Below, in pieces: positions 39,692 to 50,091 of a stretch of 64,000 bases of DNA. The stretch is from Candidatus Latescibacterota bacterium (GTDB lineage Bacteria; Latescibacterota; UBA2968). The translations under genes were made by a program, and so were the position numbers. Every line of letters starts with the position of its first letter. Position 1 is the first letter of the stretch. The DNA lies in NCBI GenBank assembly GCA_965198115.1, contig OZ240241.1:4128001-4192000 (forward strand). The letters are read 5' to 3'. The notes beneath the pieces were generated by a model. It did not search any database. It was not told the origin of the DNA and was given only the letters and a program-made list of their open reading frames with translations.

Positions 39692-40887
39692 GTGCAACAG
39701 CCGCGACCGACGAATCCCTCCGCCGTGTGTGGCTTTTGACCCTGGCCCATACGGCGGTTGACTTTTATATGCTGATGGCCCCGCCCCTCTACGCCGTCTT
39801 CAAGTCCCTCTTCAACCTCACCGTATTCCAGATCTCCTTTCTCCCTTCGTTCGTGTCCGTGTGCGGGGCCATAGCGCAGCCGTTTATGGGCTATTTCTCC
39901 GACGGCAGAAATCGACTGATCCTCGCAGGACTCGGGGTCCTCTTCTGCGGGCTCTTCGTTTCCGCCATCGGCTTCGCGCCAACCGTCTTTGTCCTCGCCG
40001 CATTCCTCGTGATGGCCTCGCTCGGCTCTTCCCTCTTTCACCCCTCCGCAGGCGGACTCGTCACCAGCTATCTCCCAGGTCGCTCTAACCTGACGATGGC
40101 CATCTTCCTGACGGGAGGAACGCTCGGGATGTCGATCGGGCCGATCACAGCCACTCAGATCGTCGAGCGTTACGGACTCCAGCATATGTGGGTCTGCGTC
40201 TTCCCGGGGGTGGTCGTCTTCGGCCTCCTCTACCTCGGCGGGCGGAGGCACCAACCACAGGACTCGACCACGGGCAACGGTATATCGCTCGCAGCCCTAC
40301 GAGGGAAGGCCGTCCGCCCTCTATGGACACTCTACGGGATCAGCGTGATGCGGTCACTTACGCACACCGGCTTTATCAGCTTCATCGCACTTCTGGGAGA
40401 AAGCCGCGGATGGCCCACGGCCAAGATCGGATGGGTCCTGTCGGGTTATCTGATCAGCAGCACGCTCGGCCGAATCTGCGGGGGCTACCTCGCCGACCGT
40501 GTGTCCGCACGACGACTCCTCGCCTTCTCCAACGCCTCTTCAGGCGCGTTGCACATCGTCTTCTGCCTGATCACCGGAAGCCTCACGATCCCCACTTTCT
40601 TTTTCGCCGGCTTCCTGTTCGACCTGGGCATCACCACCAACATCGTCCTCGCGCAGCAGAGTCTACCCAACAACACCAGTACGGCCACCGGCGTCGTAAT
40701 GGGATTCAGCTGGGGCACGGCCGGGCTGTTGATGCCACTCGTCGGGCGCCTGGCCGAGTATGCCTCGCTCACCTTCGCGCTGGCATCCGTTTCCACCTTT
40801 CTGTTCCCCGCCGCGCTTCTGGTCGCTGCTCTGCCTTCTGGCAGCAGTCCGGAAGGAACCGCCCGATTGGACCGGGCGTCTACTTAG
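39688..40887 (+). CDS. MFS transporter (Fsr-like)
   Basis: 12 TM helices; QPFMGYFSD, FHP and GGYLADRV motifs. Confidence 0.88.
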   Translation: MSATAATDESLRRVWLLTLAHTAVDFYMLMAPPLYAVFKSLFNLTVFQISFLPSFVSVCGAIAQPFMGYFSDGRNRLILAGLGVLFCGLFVSAIGFAPTVFVLAAFLVMASLGSSLFHPSAGGLVTSYLPGRSNLTMAIFLTGGTLGMSIGPITATQIVERYGLQHMWVCVFPGVVVFGLLYLGGRRHQPQDSTTGNGISLAALRGKAVRPLWTLYGISVMRSLTHTGFISFIALLGESRGWPTAKIGWVLSGYLISSTLGRICGGYLADRVSARRLLAFSNASSGALHIVFCLITGSLTIPTFFFAGFLFDLGITTNIVLAQQSLPNNTSTATGVVMGFSWGTAGLLMPLVGRLAEYASLTFALASVSTFLFPAALLVAALPSGSSPEGTARLDRAST

Positions 40888-40889
40888 GG

Positions 40890-43800
40890 ATGTTGCGTCC
40901 TCTCACCACGCACCGCAGCCTCTTCCTCTTCCTCAGCTTCCTCTCGATCTCCGTGAGTGGAACATCGGCGCAGCAAGAGCGCGTCACACCCGGAGAAGTG
41001 CTCCTCCGTGTTCGCTCTGCGGCCGCTAAGCCCTCAATCCTCGACACGCACGATTTGCAGATCATCTCGATCGAAGCGGTTTTCGACGAACGGAGTGTCC
41101 GAACCAAGCCGACACCGGCGAGTGAAATGCTGATCTATCGCGTGTCCTACGCCTCGTCGCACACCCCGCAGGAGGCAGCCGCCCTGCTCTCCCGTCGACC
41201 GGGCGTCCTCTACGCGCAGCCCAACCACGTCTTCCACACACTCGATCGACCGAACGACCCGCGCTTCGGCGAACAACCGCTCGACCGGATCGGATGGACC
41301 GCGTTGCGTAACGCTTTCGGCCCGGCCGACCGTCAGGTCATCGTGGGTATCATCGACTCGGGTGTCGACGTCACGCACGAAGACCTCAGAGACAACATCT
41401 GGGTGAATTCGGTCGAAGCCAATGGGATCGCTGGTGTCGATGATGACGGGAACGGCTACGTCGACGACATCAACGGCTGGGATTTCACCGATGCACCGCG
41501 TCTCCCCGGCAAAGGGGATTACATCGATCCCGACAACGACGTGGCCGACGAATCGGGTCACGGTACACAGGTCGCCGGCGTCGCAGGCGCGGTGACCGAC
41601 AACGGAATCGGGGTAGCCGGCGTGGCCGATTGCCTGATTATGCCGATCCGGGCGGGGCTCACCTTCAGCCAGGGGGGAACGTTTCTGCAGGAAGACGACC
41701 TCGCCGCCGGCGTCCTCTACGCCGTCGAAAACGGCGCCGAAGTCCTCAACTTCAGCTGGGGCAGCCCGGAAAGAACGTTCGTCCTCGAAGACGCCATCGC
41801 CGTCGCGATCCGTCACGGTCTGACGATCGTCGTCGCTGCCGGAAACACGAGCAGCCAGCCCGTCTCCTTCCCCGCGAGCACGGACGGCGTCATCTCGGTC
41901 GCCGCCGTCGACGCGGAAAACCGTCTTGCCAGCTTCAGCAGCACCGGACCACGTCTCGACCTCGTCGCGCCCGGTGTCAACATTCTCGGCGTCGGACTGA
42001 ACAGCACATACACCGTCCGGTCGGGCACGTCATTCGCCGCGCCGCACATCGCGGGTCTGGCCGCGATCCTGCTCGCACGCCATCCCTCTTGGACTGCGGA
42101 ACAAGTGCGCGGCGCCCTCGTCTCCACCGCAACCGACCTCGGCGCGTCGGGTTGGGACGAGCGCTACGGTGCGGGCCTCATCGACGGAGCCGCTCTGGGA
42201 GAAACGTTCGGCGGCAGCGGGGCCGTCCCCCCGACTTTGCGAATCACCTCTCCGATGAACGAAGCGGGCGCAGCGACGACCGTCGACGTGACGGCAAGCG
42301 CGACCGGGCCGACGACCGCCTACCGTCTATCCTGGGGTAGGGAACTGAGTCCCACCGCCTGGAACCTCACAGCGAGCGGCTCCGACGCCACGGACGTAAA
42401 CCACCTCATCACACTTCCCGACAATCTCGGCGATACACCCGTCGTCCTCCGTCTGGAAGTCGACCTCGCCAGCGGCACAATCGAGGATCGCGTCGTGATT
42501 CACGCGCGTGCCCAGCCGCCGAACATCATCGCCCTGTCCACGACCCCGTCGCTCGTGGGTAACCGTCGCCTTTCCAGCGTTCACTGGATCACGCAAACGC
42601 CGACACGCGGCCTGCTCGTCATCGACGAACTCGACGGAACCGAACCCGACACCCTGACGTCACCCGTCGTCCACACGGCTCACGAAATCGAAATCCCCGG
42701 ACCCGGACGTCGCATCGGGTTCACGGTCGTCGCCATCGGCCCGACGGGGAGGCGAACGACATCCGTTCGCGACACGATCGTCATCGACCCAGCTCGCTTC
42801 ACCGACATCGGCTTTGCGGAAATCGCTCGCCTGCCCGATGGCTTCTTGACCGATCGTCCGTCTGATTTCGACGGAGACGGGCGCTTGGAGCTCGCCCTTA
42901 TGCCTTACATCGAGGGCCAGGCTTTCGGTCCCATAGAGCTCCACGAGTGGACCGACGACAGGACTTTCGAACACACCTTCACCACGACCACAGGGGCGCT
43001 CCCTTACAGTGTGGGGGACGTCACGGGAGACGGACGTCCCGAACTTCTGGCCACGACGATCGCAGAGATCCGGGTTCTGTCGGGGTTGCTGGCACCCGAC
43101 ACGGAGCGTTTTGCGCGGTCGGCTGTGTTAGGGCTGGGGTTCGAGGACGTCGACGACGACGGCATTGACGACCTCCTCACGCGGAACCCGATTCAACGCG
43201 GCATCCAGATCGTCGACGGTGCGGCAGGATCCTACACCGACCGAGATTTTCTACCGAACCCGTCGTCCGGGACCGGCATAATCGGGCCCCGTGTGGTCGT
43301 CGCTGACCTGGACGGAGACGGTCGAAGCGAGATTCTGACGGGGGACGGAGACGGCGATTTCTGGATCTACGAATTGGATGGAGTGGGCGGATTCGGTGAG
43401 ACTTGGCTCCAACCAGGGCCCGACGGATCCGACGCCAGCTGGGTCGGCGGCGGACAGGACCTGGACGGAGACGGGGACGTCGAATTCGTCGTCGCCCTGG
43501 CCAACGAGAACCCGGACAACGCCCTCAACGGAGCCTGGATCGTCCAGGTCTGGAGTGCGATCGACGACGACGCGTTCGGGATCGAGTGGGAAACCCGAAT
43601 CACGGGCGTCCTCACACCCGGCAATGGGATCGCAACGGGCGACATCGACGGGGACGGGCTCGCCGACCTGGCGCTCTGCATTCTGCCGGATCTCTATCTC
43701 ATCCGATCGAACGGCCCGAACAGCTACACACCTTTCTGGCATACACAAGTCAGCCTCACCCATCGACCCGTCATCGCCGACTTCGACAGAGACAACATCC

Positions 43801-44588
43801 CCGAAATCGTCTTCAACGCCGAAGGGGTCATCAAGGTCCTCGAGCGCAGCGGCGGCGTCGAGACGACGCAACGCCCTGAGATTCTGAGCGCGCGACCGTC
43901 CGCCAACGGAACGGTCGTCCTGGCGTGGACGGCCGCCCCTGAAGCGACCGCCTACCGCGTCCACCGGCTTCAGAATGGCGACGATCGGATGGTCGCGGAG
44001 GTGCTCGAGTCCACGTTCATCGACTCGAGTCTCCGCATCGGCGTCCCCGTCGATTACGAAGTCGAAGCCCTACTCGCGGGCGGCACATCGCTCCGATCCG
44101 GCCCAGTCAGGGTCGTGCCGACTTCGGCTCCGTCCATCACTCGGGTCAGCCTCGTCGATCCTTACAGCCTGGCCGTCCACTTTTCCGAAACGATGGCGCG
44201 CGCCATCGCAGACCCCGACGCCTACACGATCGACGGTCTGGGACACCCGAATTCTGCCCTCCTCGACCGTGCAAGAAGGCGGGTCGTCCTCACGTTCACC
44301 GACTCGGTTCGCTCGGATCGCAGTTACCGGCTCGACCTCGGCGAGACCGTCGCCGACACGAGTGGCGTGCGCATCGACCGTGCGCATTTCGATTTCACGC
44401 TCGGGCCGACCGCAGAAGCCGCACGCGCCGACTTCGACGACAGCGGGGACGTCGGGTTTTCCGATTTCATCCTGTTCGCGGCCGCCTTCGGCACGACCGA
44501 CGTCGGGTTCGACCTCGATGAGGACGGGCTGGTGGGTTTTGCGGACTTCCTCGCATTCGCCGCCCTGTTTGGGCAGACCGTGGGGTGA
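40890..44588 (+). CDS. Secreted S8 subtilase with FG-GAP repeats, FN3/Ig-like domains and dockerin-like tail
   Basis: IIDSG, HGTQVAG and SGTSFAAPH triad; repeated D.DGDG motifs; duplicated DFD.SG.VGF.DF..FA..FG at the C-terminus. Confidence 0.88.
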   Translation: MLRPLTTHRSLFLFLSFLSISVSGTSAQQERVTPGEVLLRVRSAAAKPSILDTHDLQIISIEAVFDERSVRTKPTPASEMLIYRVSYASSHTPQEAAALLSRRPGVLYAQPNHVFHTLDRPNDPRFGEQPLDRIGWTALRNAFGPADRQVIVGIIDSGVDVTHEDLRDNIWVNSVEANGIAGVDDDGNGYVDDINGWDFTDAPRLPGKGDYIDPDNDVADESGHGTQVAGVAGAVTDNGIGVAGVADCLIMPIRAGLTFSQGGTFLQEDDLAAGVLYAVENGAEVLNFSWGSPERTFVLEDAIAVAIRHGLTIVVAAGNTSSQPVSFPASTDGVISVAAVDAENRLASFSSTGPRLDLVAPGVNILGVGLNSTYTVRSGTSFAAPHIAGLAAILLARHPSWTAEQVRGALVSTATDLGASGWDERYGAGLIDGAALGETFGGSGAVPPTLRITSPMNEAGAATTVDVTASATGPTTAYRLSWGRELSPTAWNLTASGSDATDVNHLITLPDNLGDTPVVLRLEVDLASGTIEDRVVIHARAQPPNIIALSTTPSLVGNRRLSSVHWITQTPTRGLLVIDELDGTEPDTLTSPVVHTAHEIEIPGPGRRIGFTVVAIGPTGRRTTSVRDTIVIDPARFTDIGFAEIARLPDGFLTDRPSDFDGDGRLELALMPYIEGQAFGPIELHEWTDDRTFEHTFTTTTGALPYSVGDVTGDGRPELLATTIAEIRVLSGLLAPDTERFARSAVLGLGFEDVDDDGIDDLLTRNPIQRGIQIVDGAAGSYTDRDFLPNPSSGTGIIGPRVVVADLDGDGRSEILTGDGDGDFWIYELDGVGGFGETWLQPGPDGSDASWVGGGQDLDGDGDVEFVVALANENPDNALNGAWIVQVWSAIDDDAFGIEWETRITGVLTPGNGIATGDIDGDGLADLALCILPDLYLIRSNGPNSYTPFWHTQVSLTHRPVIADFDRDNIPEIVFNAEGVIKVLERSGGVETTQRPEILSARPSANGTVVLAWTAAPEATAYRVHRLQNGDDRMVAEVLESTFIDSSLRIGVPVDYEVEALLAGGTSLRSGPVRVVPTSAPSITRVSLVDPYSLAVHFSETMARAIADPDAYTIDGLGHPNSALLDRARRRVVLTFTDSVRSDRSYRLDLGETVADTSGVRIDRAHFDFTLGPTAEAARADFDDSGDVGFSDFILFAAAFGTTDVGFDLDEDGLVGFADFLAFAALFGQTVG

Positions 44589-44808
44589 GCGAGCAGGCGA
44601 CTTGGCGAGCAGGAGAGCGGACGTGGCAATGGCGGGTTGCTTGTGCACCGTTCGCCCTTCGATACGACGGGGCGATGCCTACAGCAAAGGATTCCGCTCG
44701 AACCGGCTTCTGTGGCCGTCTACTCAGGGTGAGCGGTGCACTACACTGTCGGCTGAACATTTCGGCCATCCCACTGCCACACTCGCTCTCCCAGTCGCCC
44801 GCTCACTC
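44587..44808. repeat. ~220-bp imperfect palindrome around a REP-like core
   Basis: Nested arms GGCGACT/AGTCGCC, GAGAGCG/CGCTCTC, GTGGCA/TGCCAC and GTGCACCGTTCGCCCT/AGGGTGAGCGGTGCAC. Confidence 0.75.
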
Positions 44809-44926
44809 GCTCCTTCTTTCAACCGTGGTTCGGTTTTCGACTTGATCCCACACCATTCCCGCCGTATCAATCTTCCCCCCGCAGCGCTCCCCCGCGACAT
44901 CACAACCTACCTGATCGGAGTCACGT

Positions 44927-45811
44927 GTGATCTTCACCCAGCGTTTCAACGACGTGCTGGTCACCCTTTATCAGGAAGACTGTATTCAGGGGATGCAGGA
45001 CGGGCTCGACCCGGGCACCGTGGACGTCGTGGTGACCTCCCCTCCCTACAATCTGGGCACCACGTATTCGGGTTACGACGACACCATCCCCCGTGAGAAC
45101 TACCTGGACTGGATGGAAGAGTGGGCGGCGCAGGTCCATCGCGTTCTCTCCAACGAAGGTTCTGTCTTCCTCAACATCGGTGCCAAACCTTCCGACCCGA
45201 CCGTTCCCTTCCAGGTCTTGAGTCGTGTCCAGAAGTACTTCCGCCTTCAGAACGTCATTCACTGGATCAAGTCCATCTCGATCCTCAAGGAAGACGTCGG
45301 AGACTACCCCAACATCACAGGCAACATCGGCATCGGACATTTCAAACCGATCAACAGCCCCCGATACCTCAACGATTGCCACGAGTACATCTTCCACCTG
45401 ACCAAATCGGGGAGTGTGCAGCTCGACAGACTCGCGATCGGAGTCGAGTACCAGGACAAATCGAACGTCACCCGGTGGAAGTCAGCAGGGTCCGACCGAC
45501 GCTGTCGAGGAAACACCTGGTTCGTCCCCTACAAGACCATCCGGGACCGGCAGAAGCAGCGCCCTCACCCCGCCACGTTTCCTGTGAAGATTCCACGAAT
45601 GTGCATCCAGCTCCACGGGGTCGAACGAACTCGCACCGTCCTCGATCCCTTTCTGGGAATCGGGGTCAGCGCCCTCGCAGCGATTGAACTCGGTGTGGGC
45701 TTTTGCGGATTCGAGATCGTCGACGAATACTTCGACGAGTCCCGACGCCTGATCAAGGAAGCGACCCCTCCCTCGCAAGCTACCGTTCCGGTAGTGGGTG
45801 GAGACGCGTAG
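44927..45811 (+). CDS. Orphan N4C/N6A DNA methyltransferase (beta class)
   Basis: TSPPYN (motif IV) precedes HPATFP and LDPFLGIG (motif I). Confidence 0.9.
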   Translation: MIFTQRFNDVLVTLYQEDCIQGMQDGLDPGTVDVVVTSPPYNLGTTYSGYDDTIPRENYLDWMEEWAAQVHRVLSNEGSVFLNIGAKPSDPTVPFQVLSRVQKYFRLQNVIHWIKSISILKEDVGDYPNITGNIGIGHFKPINSPRYLNDCHEYIFHLTKSGSVQLDRLAIGVEYQDKSNVTRWKSAGSDRRCRGNTWFVPYKTIRDRQKQRPHPATFPVKIPRMCIQLHGVERTRTVLDPFLGIGVSALAAIELGVGFCGFEIVDEYFDESRRLIKEATPPSQATVPVVGGDA

Positions 45812-45826
45812 GTAGAGGATGGGCTT

Positions 45827-47299
45827 ATGCGCGTGCTGATTGGCGAACTGAAGCAGGAGACGTCCTCCTTCAACCCCCGTCTCACGGAACGGGAGCAGTT
45901 CGAGGCCCTTCGTGGGGAGGACATCCGCAGCCTGGAGGGGACGAACACCGAACTCGCAGGCGCGCTCGACGTCTTCGCCGAGCACGATAACATCGAGATC
46001 GTCCCCACATTCGCCGCGTGGTCCTGCTCGGGCGGGCCAATCGCCACGGCCACCCTCGACAGCCTGACCGACGACCTGGTGAGCGCCATCCGGACATCCA
46101 ACCAGGACATCGATGCGGCCTACATCTCGTTCCACGGCGCAATGCAGGGCGAGGAAGAGATGGATCCCGAAGGCCGAGCCCTCGACCGTATCCGCGCAGA
46201 GCTCGGCGACATTCCGATCGTCACGAGCTTCGACCTTCACGGCATCCTCACCGATCGTCTCGTCTACGAATCGGACGTCCTCGTAGCGTTCCACACGTAT
46301 CCACACGTCGATATGTATCAGACGGGTGCACGCGCCGCCCGCAATCTCGTTCGGCTGATGCAAAACGAGGTCAAGCCTTCGGTTGCCCGCGTCCAGCTCC
46401 CGATGCTCGTCCGCGGCGATGAGCTGATCACCGAAACCGGCCTCTTCGGGCAGGCGATCCGGACCTGTCAGGAGGTCGAAGCGTCCACCGGCGGGCTTTC
46501 CGCCGCCGTCTTCATCGGCAACCCGTTCACTGACGTACCCGACCTGCGCACCAACATCGTCGTCACGACCGACAATGATCCCGTTCGGGCGAAGGAAGTA
46601 TCCGAGAGCATCGCGCGCTTCATGTGGAGCCAGCGCGACCATCTCAAGGCCGACCTCGTCGAGCTGGACGAAGCCATCGCCATCGCGAACAGGACGGACG
46701 GCCTCACCATCTTCTCCGATGCGGCGGACGCCACCTCGTCCGGCGCGTCTGGCGATAGTAACCACATTCTCCGCGGCCTCCTCGATTCGGGCTACACAGG
46801 GAACGCACTCCTGCCGCTGGTCGATCCTCCCGCCGTTGAACGTGCCTTCGGCGCGGGCGTCGGTGCAACGCTCACGCTGTCTCTGGGCGGAGCCCTCGAT
46901 CCTGCCCGCCATCCTCCGCTCGAATGCGAAGCCTATGTTCAGAGCCTCCACGACGGCGTCTATCGAACGGAGGACGGGACGCTCGAAAGCGGAGGTAAGA
47001 CTGCCGTCCTCCGGGTGGGCACCTGCTCGCTGCTCGTGACGAGCCTGCCTGTCTCCATCATGGGACGCCGTGTGTTCGAATCCCGCGGTCTGGACCCGGT
47101 CGACTTCGACCTTTGTGTGTGCAAGTCCCCCAATGGATTCCGCACGCACTATCAGGCCATCGCGGAGGAGATCGTCCCCGTCGACGTCCCGGGCTCGACC
47201 AGCGCAAACCTCCATTCGCTGCCCTACGAACGGTGCCCGCGGCCGATGTTTCCTCTGGACGACGACGTCACCGTCGACATCGTGGCGACGGTCAAATGA
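45827..47299 (+). CDS. M81 (MlrC-like) metallopeptidase
   Basis: QETSSF, HGAM, DLH, TYPHVD and DAAD..SGASGD motifs. Confidence 0.9.
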   Translation: MRVLIGELKQETSSFNPRLTEREQFEALRGEDIRSLEGTNTELAGALDVFAEHDNIEIVPTFAAWSCSGGPIATATLDSLTDDLVSAIRTSNQDIDAAYISFHGAMQGEEEMDPEGRALDRIRAELGDIPIVTSFDLHGILTDRLVYESDVLVAFHTYPHVDMYQTGARAARNLVRLMQNEVKPSVARVQLPMLVRGDELITETGLFGQAIRTCQEVEASTGGLSAAVFIGNPFTDVPDLRTNIVVTTDNDPVRAKEVSESIARFMWSQRDHLKADLVELDEAIAIANRTDGLTIFSDAADATSSGASGDSNHILRGLLDSGYTGNALLPLVDPPAVERAFGAGVGATLTLSLGGALDPARHPPLECEAYVQSLHDGVYRTEDGTLESGGKTAVLRVGTCSLLVTSLPVSIMGRRVFESRGLDPVDFDLCVCKSPNGFRTHYQAIAEEIVPVDVPGSTSANLHSLPYERCPRPMFPLDDDVTVDIVATVK

Positions 47300-48087
47300 C
47301 CTTCGCCGAACGTTACGGACCGTGGGGCCTCGTCACCGGCGCCTCGTCGGGTATCGGTGCCGAATTCGCGCGGCAACTCGCCGGCAGAGGGCTCAACGTC
47401 GTCCTCGTCGCCCGTCGTCAGGACCGGCTTCAGCAGGTCTCACAGGAAGTCGAATCCTCTTCCGGCGTTGGCACACGCATAATCGTCTCGGATCTCACGG
47501 CGAAAGACGGGTGTCGCCACGTCATCGAAGAAACAGCGAACCTCGACATCGGTCTGCTCGTCAACAACGCCGGCTACGGAATGTCCGGCCACTACCACCA
47601 GCTCGACGCCGACCGCCAAGTGCAGATGACGGTCCTGAATTGCGTCGTGCCCATCCTGCTCACGAACCACTACTTGCCCGCGCTCAAGGAGCGAGGGCAC
47701 GGCGGGCTGATCTTCCTGGCTTCTCTCGCCGGTTACCAAGCCACCGCAAGCTTCGCCACCTACGGCGCGACCAAGGCCTTCAATCTGATGGTCGGTGAAG
47801 CGCTGTGGAAGGAGTGTCGCGAGTTTGGTGTCGACGCCCTCGCCGTGTCACCCGGCTTCACACGAACCGAATTCACGGATGTAGCGAACATCCGCGACGC
47901 CGGGCTCTACCGCACCTCGTCGCCGGACAGCGTCGTTCGCGCCGCCCTCAGGAACCTCGGACGGAAACCCTCTTTCGTACACAACCCGATGAACAAGGTG
48001 CTCGCCTTCTCCAGCCGACTCCTTCCGCGTCGTGCCGTCATCGCCATCACCCACGCCTCATTACGAGGCCGCTCGAAACAGGAATGA
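47296..48087 (+). CDS. SDR family oxidoreductase
   Basis: TGASSGIG, NNAG and YGATK motifs. Confidence 0.93.
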   Translation: MTFAERYGPWGLVTGASSGIGAEFARQLAGRGLNVVLVARRQDRLQQVSQEVESSSGVGTRIIVSDLTAKDGCRHVIEETANLDIGLLVNNAGYGMSGHYHQLDADRQVQMTVLNCVVPILLTNHYLPALKERGHGGLIFLASLAGYQATASFATYGATKAFNLMVGEALWKECREFGVDALAVSPGFTRTEFTDVANIRDAGLYRTSSPDSVVRAALRNLGRKPSFVHNPMNKVLAFSSRLLPRRAVIAITHASLRGRSKQE

Positions 48088-49133
48088 GAAAACTCGTCTC
48101 CCACACCGGCGTCAGCTACGACGTCGCAAACCCGCGGTGGAAGTGTGATTCCGGTGCGCTCCTCGATCTCGAGTTCGAGGCTCGATTCGAGCAAAGCGAC
48201 CGCGGTGGGATGTGGAAATACCGCTCGGCGATTCCGATTCCCGACGACAGCCACATCGTAAGCTTCGACGAGGGCGGGACCCCTCTCACCCGCGTGGAGG
48301 TCGCGGGCCAGGACGTCTGGCTCAAACAGGACCACCTCTTTCCCTCGGGCTCCTACAAGGACCGCGGCGCATCGGTCCTGATCAGCAGGGCCGTCGAACT
48401 CGGCGTCGACAGAGTCGTCGAAGACTCTTCCGGAAACGCCGGCGCCGCCATCGCAGCCTACTGCGCCAAAGCCGATATCGGTTGTGACATCTACGTGCCC
48501 GACTCCACCTCGCCCGCCAAGCTCGCACAGATCGAAGCCTACGGCGCCACGCTCCATCGCATTCCGGGCTCCCGCGAAGACACGGCCAACGCCGCGCTCT
48601 CCGCGGCTGAGGGCCACTTCTACGCCAGTCACGTCTGGAACCCGTTCTTCTTCCACGGAACGAAGACCTTCGCCTACGAGGTCAGCGATCAGCTCGGCCA
48701 CGCTCCCGACCGCGTCATCATTCCGACCGGCAACGGCACCCTGCTCATCGGCGTCTGGATCGGGTTCAACGACCTCCTCGTAGCGGGTCTCATCGATCGG
48801 ACGCCCCAACTCATCGCCGTGCAGGCCGCCAACTGCGCCCCCCTCGACGCCGCCTGGCGAGATGCCGCCTTTTCCACCGCCCCGACGAAAGCCGAAGGCA
48901 TCGCCATCGCCGAGCCCGCCCGCAGGAATCAGATGCTCGACATCGTTCGCCAGACGGGCGGCCGTATCCTCACCGTGAGCGAAACCGACATCGAAGCCGC
49001 CTGGGCAGACGCCGCCTCCCGCGGCTGGTTCATCGAACCGACGTCAGCCGCCGCTCTGGCTGCCGTCTCGCAGTTGGACAGCGTGGGGACAGCCGTCATC
49101 CCGCTCACCGGTCACGGTCTCAAATCACACTGA
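48084..49133 (+). CDS. thrC: Threonine synthase-like PLP enzyme
   Basis: PSGSYKDRG, SSGNAG, PTGNG, EPTSA and LTGHGLK motifs. Confidence 0.8.
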   Translation: MRKLVSHTGVSYDVANPRWKCDSGALLDLEFEARFEQSDRGGMWKYRSAIPIPDDSHIVSFDEGGTPLTRVEVAGQDVWLKQDHLFPSGSYKDRGASVLISRAVELGVDRVVEDSSGNAGAAIAAYCAKADIGCDIYVPDSTSPAKLAQIEAYGATLHRIPGSREDTANAALSAAEGHFYASHVWNPFFFHGTKTFAYEVSDQLGHAPDRVIIPTGNGTLLIGVWIGFNDLLVAGLIDRTPQLIAVQAANCAPLDAAWRDAAFSTAPTKAEGIAIAEPARRNQMLDIVRQTGGRILTVSETDIEAAWADAASRGWFIEPTSAAALAAVSQLDSVGTAVIPLTGHGLKSH

Positions 49134-49142
49134 ACCGAAGGT

Positions 49143-49589
49143 GTGACGAACTCCGGCGCCTACATCCTCCTCCTGCACCTGGTCGAGGGTCGCCACATCC
49201 GAATCGGGGCGCTCGGACATCTATGCTTCGAGGCTGGCTGGTATCTCTACGTCGGGTCCGCCCTCCGCGGTCTCGATGCCCGAATCGCGCGCCATCGCCG
49301 CCACCGCAAGCGCCTGCACTGGCACGTCGACTACCTGCGCAAGGCGTGTTCCGAGGTCATCCCCCTTCCCATCCGCAGCAGCAGGAGGGACGAGTGCCCT
49401 GTTGCCCGCTCCATCTCGGGTCTGTATCATCCCGGTCCGCCCGGCTTCGGGTCGTCCGACTGTGGATGCCCCACGCATCTCTTTTTCTCGCGTGACCATC
49501 CGCTCTACGACCGGGCCTTCCACGCCCTCCTGCAGGCCTATCGAATGACCCCGGATGGCCTGAACTCCAGTAGAAAGGACACAGAATGA
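49143..49589 (+). CDS. DUF123 / GIY-YIG (Uri) superfamily nuclease
   Basis: GAY...YVGSA, RI.RH, WHVDYL and GFGSSDC.C.THL motifs. Confidence 0.85.
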   Translation: MTNSGAYILLLHLVEGRHIRIGALGHLCFEAGWYLYVGSALRGLDARIARHRRHRKRLHWHVDYLRKACSEVIPLPIRSSRRDECPVARSISGLYHPGPPGFGSSDCGCPTHLFFSRDHPLYDRAFHALLQAYRMTPDGLNSSRKDTE

Positions 49590-50062
49590 ACGCATTGACC
49601 GTTTTCCTCTCCGGCCACATTCACGGAGGTTGGCGGGACCGCGTCCGACAGCTGGCCGAAAGCAAGGGTCTGGACATCGCCTTCAAAGGACCGTGCGAGG
49701 ACCACGGTCTCAGCGATGACATCGGCGTACAGATTCGTGGAATCACCAGGGACGACGTAGGAGAGGACTTCTATCCGCGAGTTCAGGACGACCTGGGCGG
49801 GCGTGTCAACAACCTGCGAGCGCAGGTCTGGATCGCTCGATCCGATCTTCTGATCGCCTTTTTCGACGAAGAGCACAAGAACTACAGGCAGTGGAACGTT
49901 TCGAGTGACATCGGAGACGCCGTCGCCCTGGGCAAACCGATCATCGTCGTGCACGGACCGGGCTTCAGACATTCCTTAAAAGAGCTGGACGGGCGGGCGA
50001 ATGTCGTCGTCGACTCTCTCGAACAGGCGGTGGAGGTCCTGGCCTATGTCTGTGCGAACTGA
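49586..50062 (+). CDS. YtoQ / nucleoside deoxyribosyltransferase-like protein
   Basis: VFLSG.IH..WR, YRQWN, ALGKP and HSLKE motifs. Confidence 0.75.
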   Translation: MNALTVFLSGHIHGGWRDRVRQLAESKGLDIAFKGPCEDHGLSDDIGVQIRGITRDDVGEDFYPRVQDDLGGRVNNLRAQVWIARSDLLIAFFDEEHKNYRQWNVSSDIGDAVALGKPIIVVHGPGFRHSLKELDGRANVVVDSLEQAVEVLAYVCAN

Positions 50063-50091
50063 ATCCTCGGCCCCACGGATCGTTCGATGGC

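Noticed and set aside
40188-40889. N-terminal extension of the S8 protease ORF
   Set aside because: It overlaps the MFS gene; the signal peptide begins at ATG 40890.
42860-43800. Repeated GACGG(A/G)GACGG sequences as a possible CRISPR or tandem array
   Set aside because: They encode the DGDG motifs of FG-GAP repeats inside a CDS; spacing is irregular and there are no cas genes.
44927-49589. MTase plus GIY-YIG gene as a restriction-modification system
   Set aside because: They are separated by three metabolic genes, and DUF123 proteins are not known restriction enzymes.
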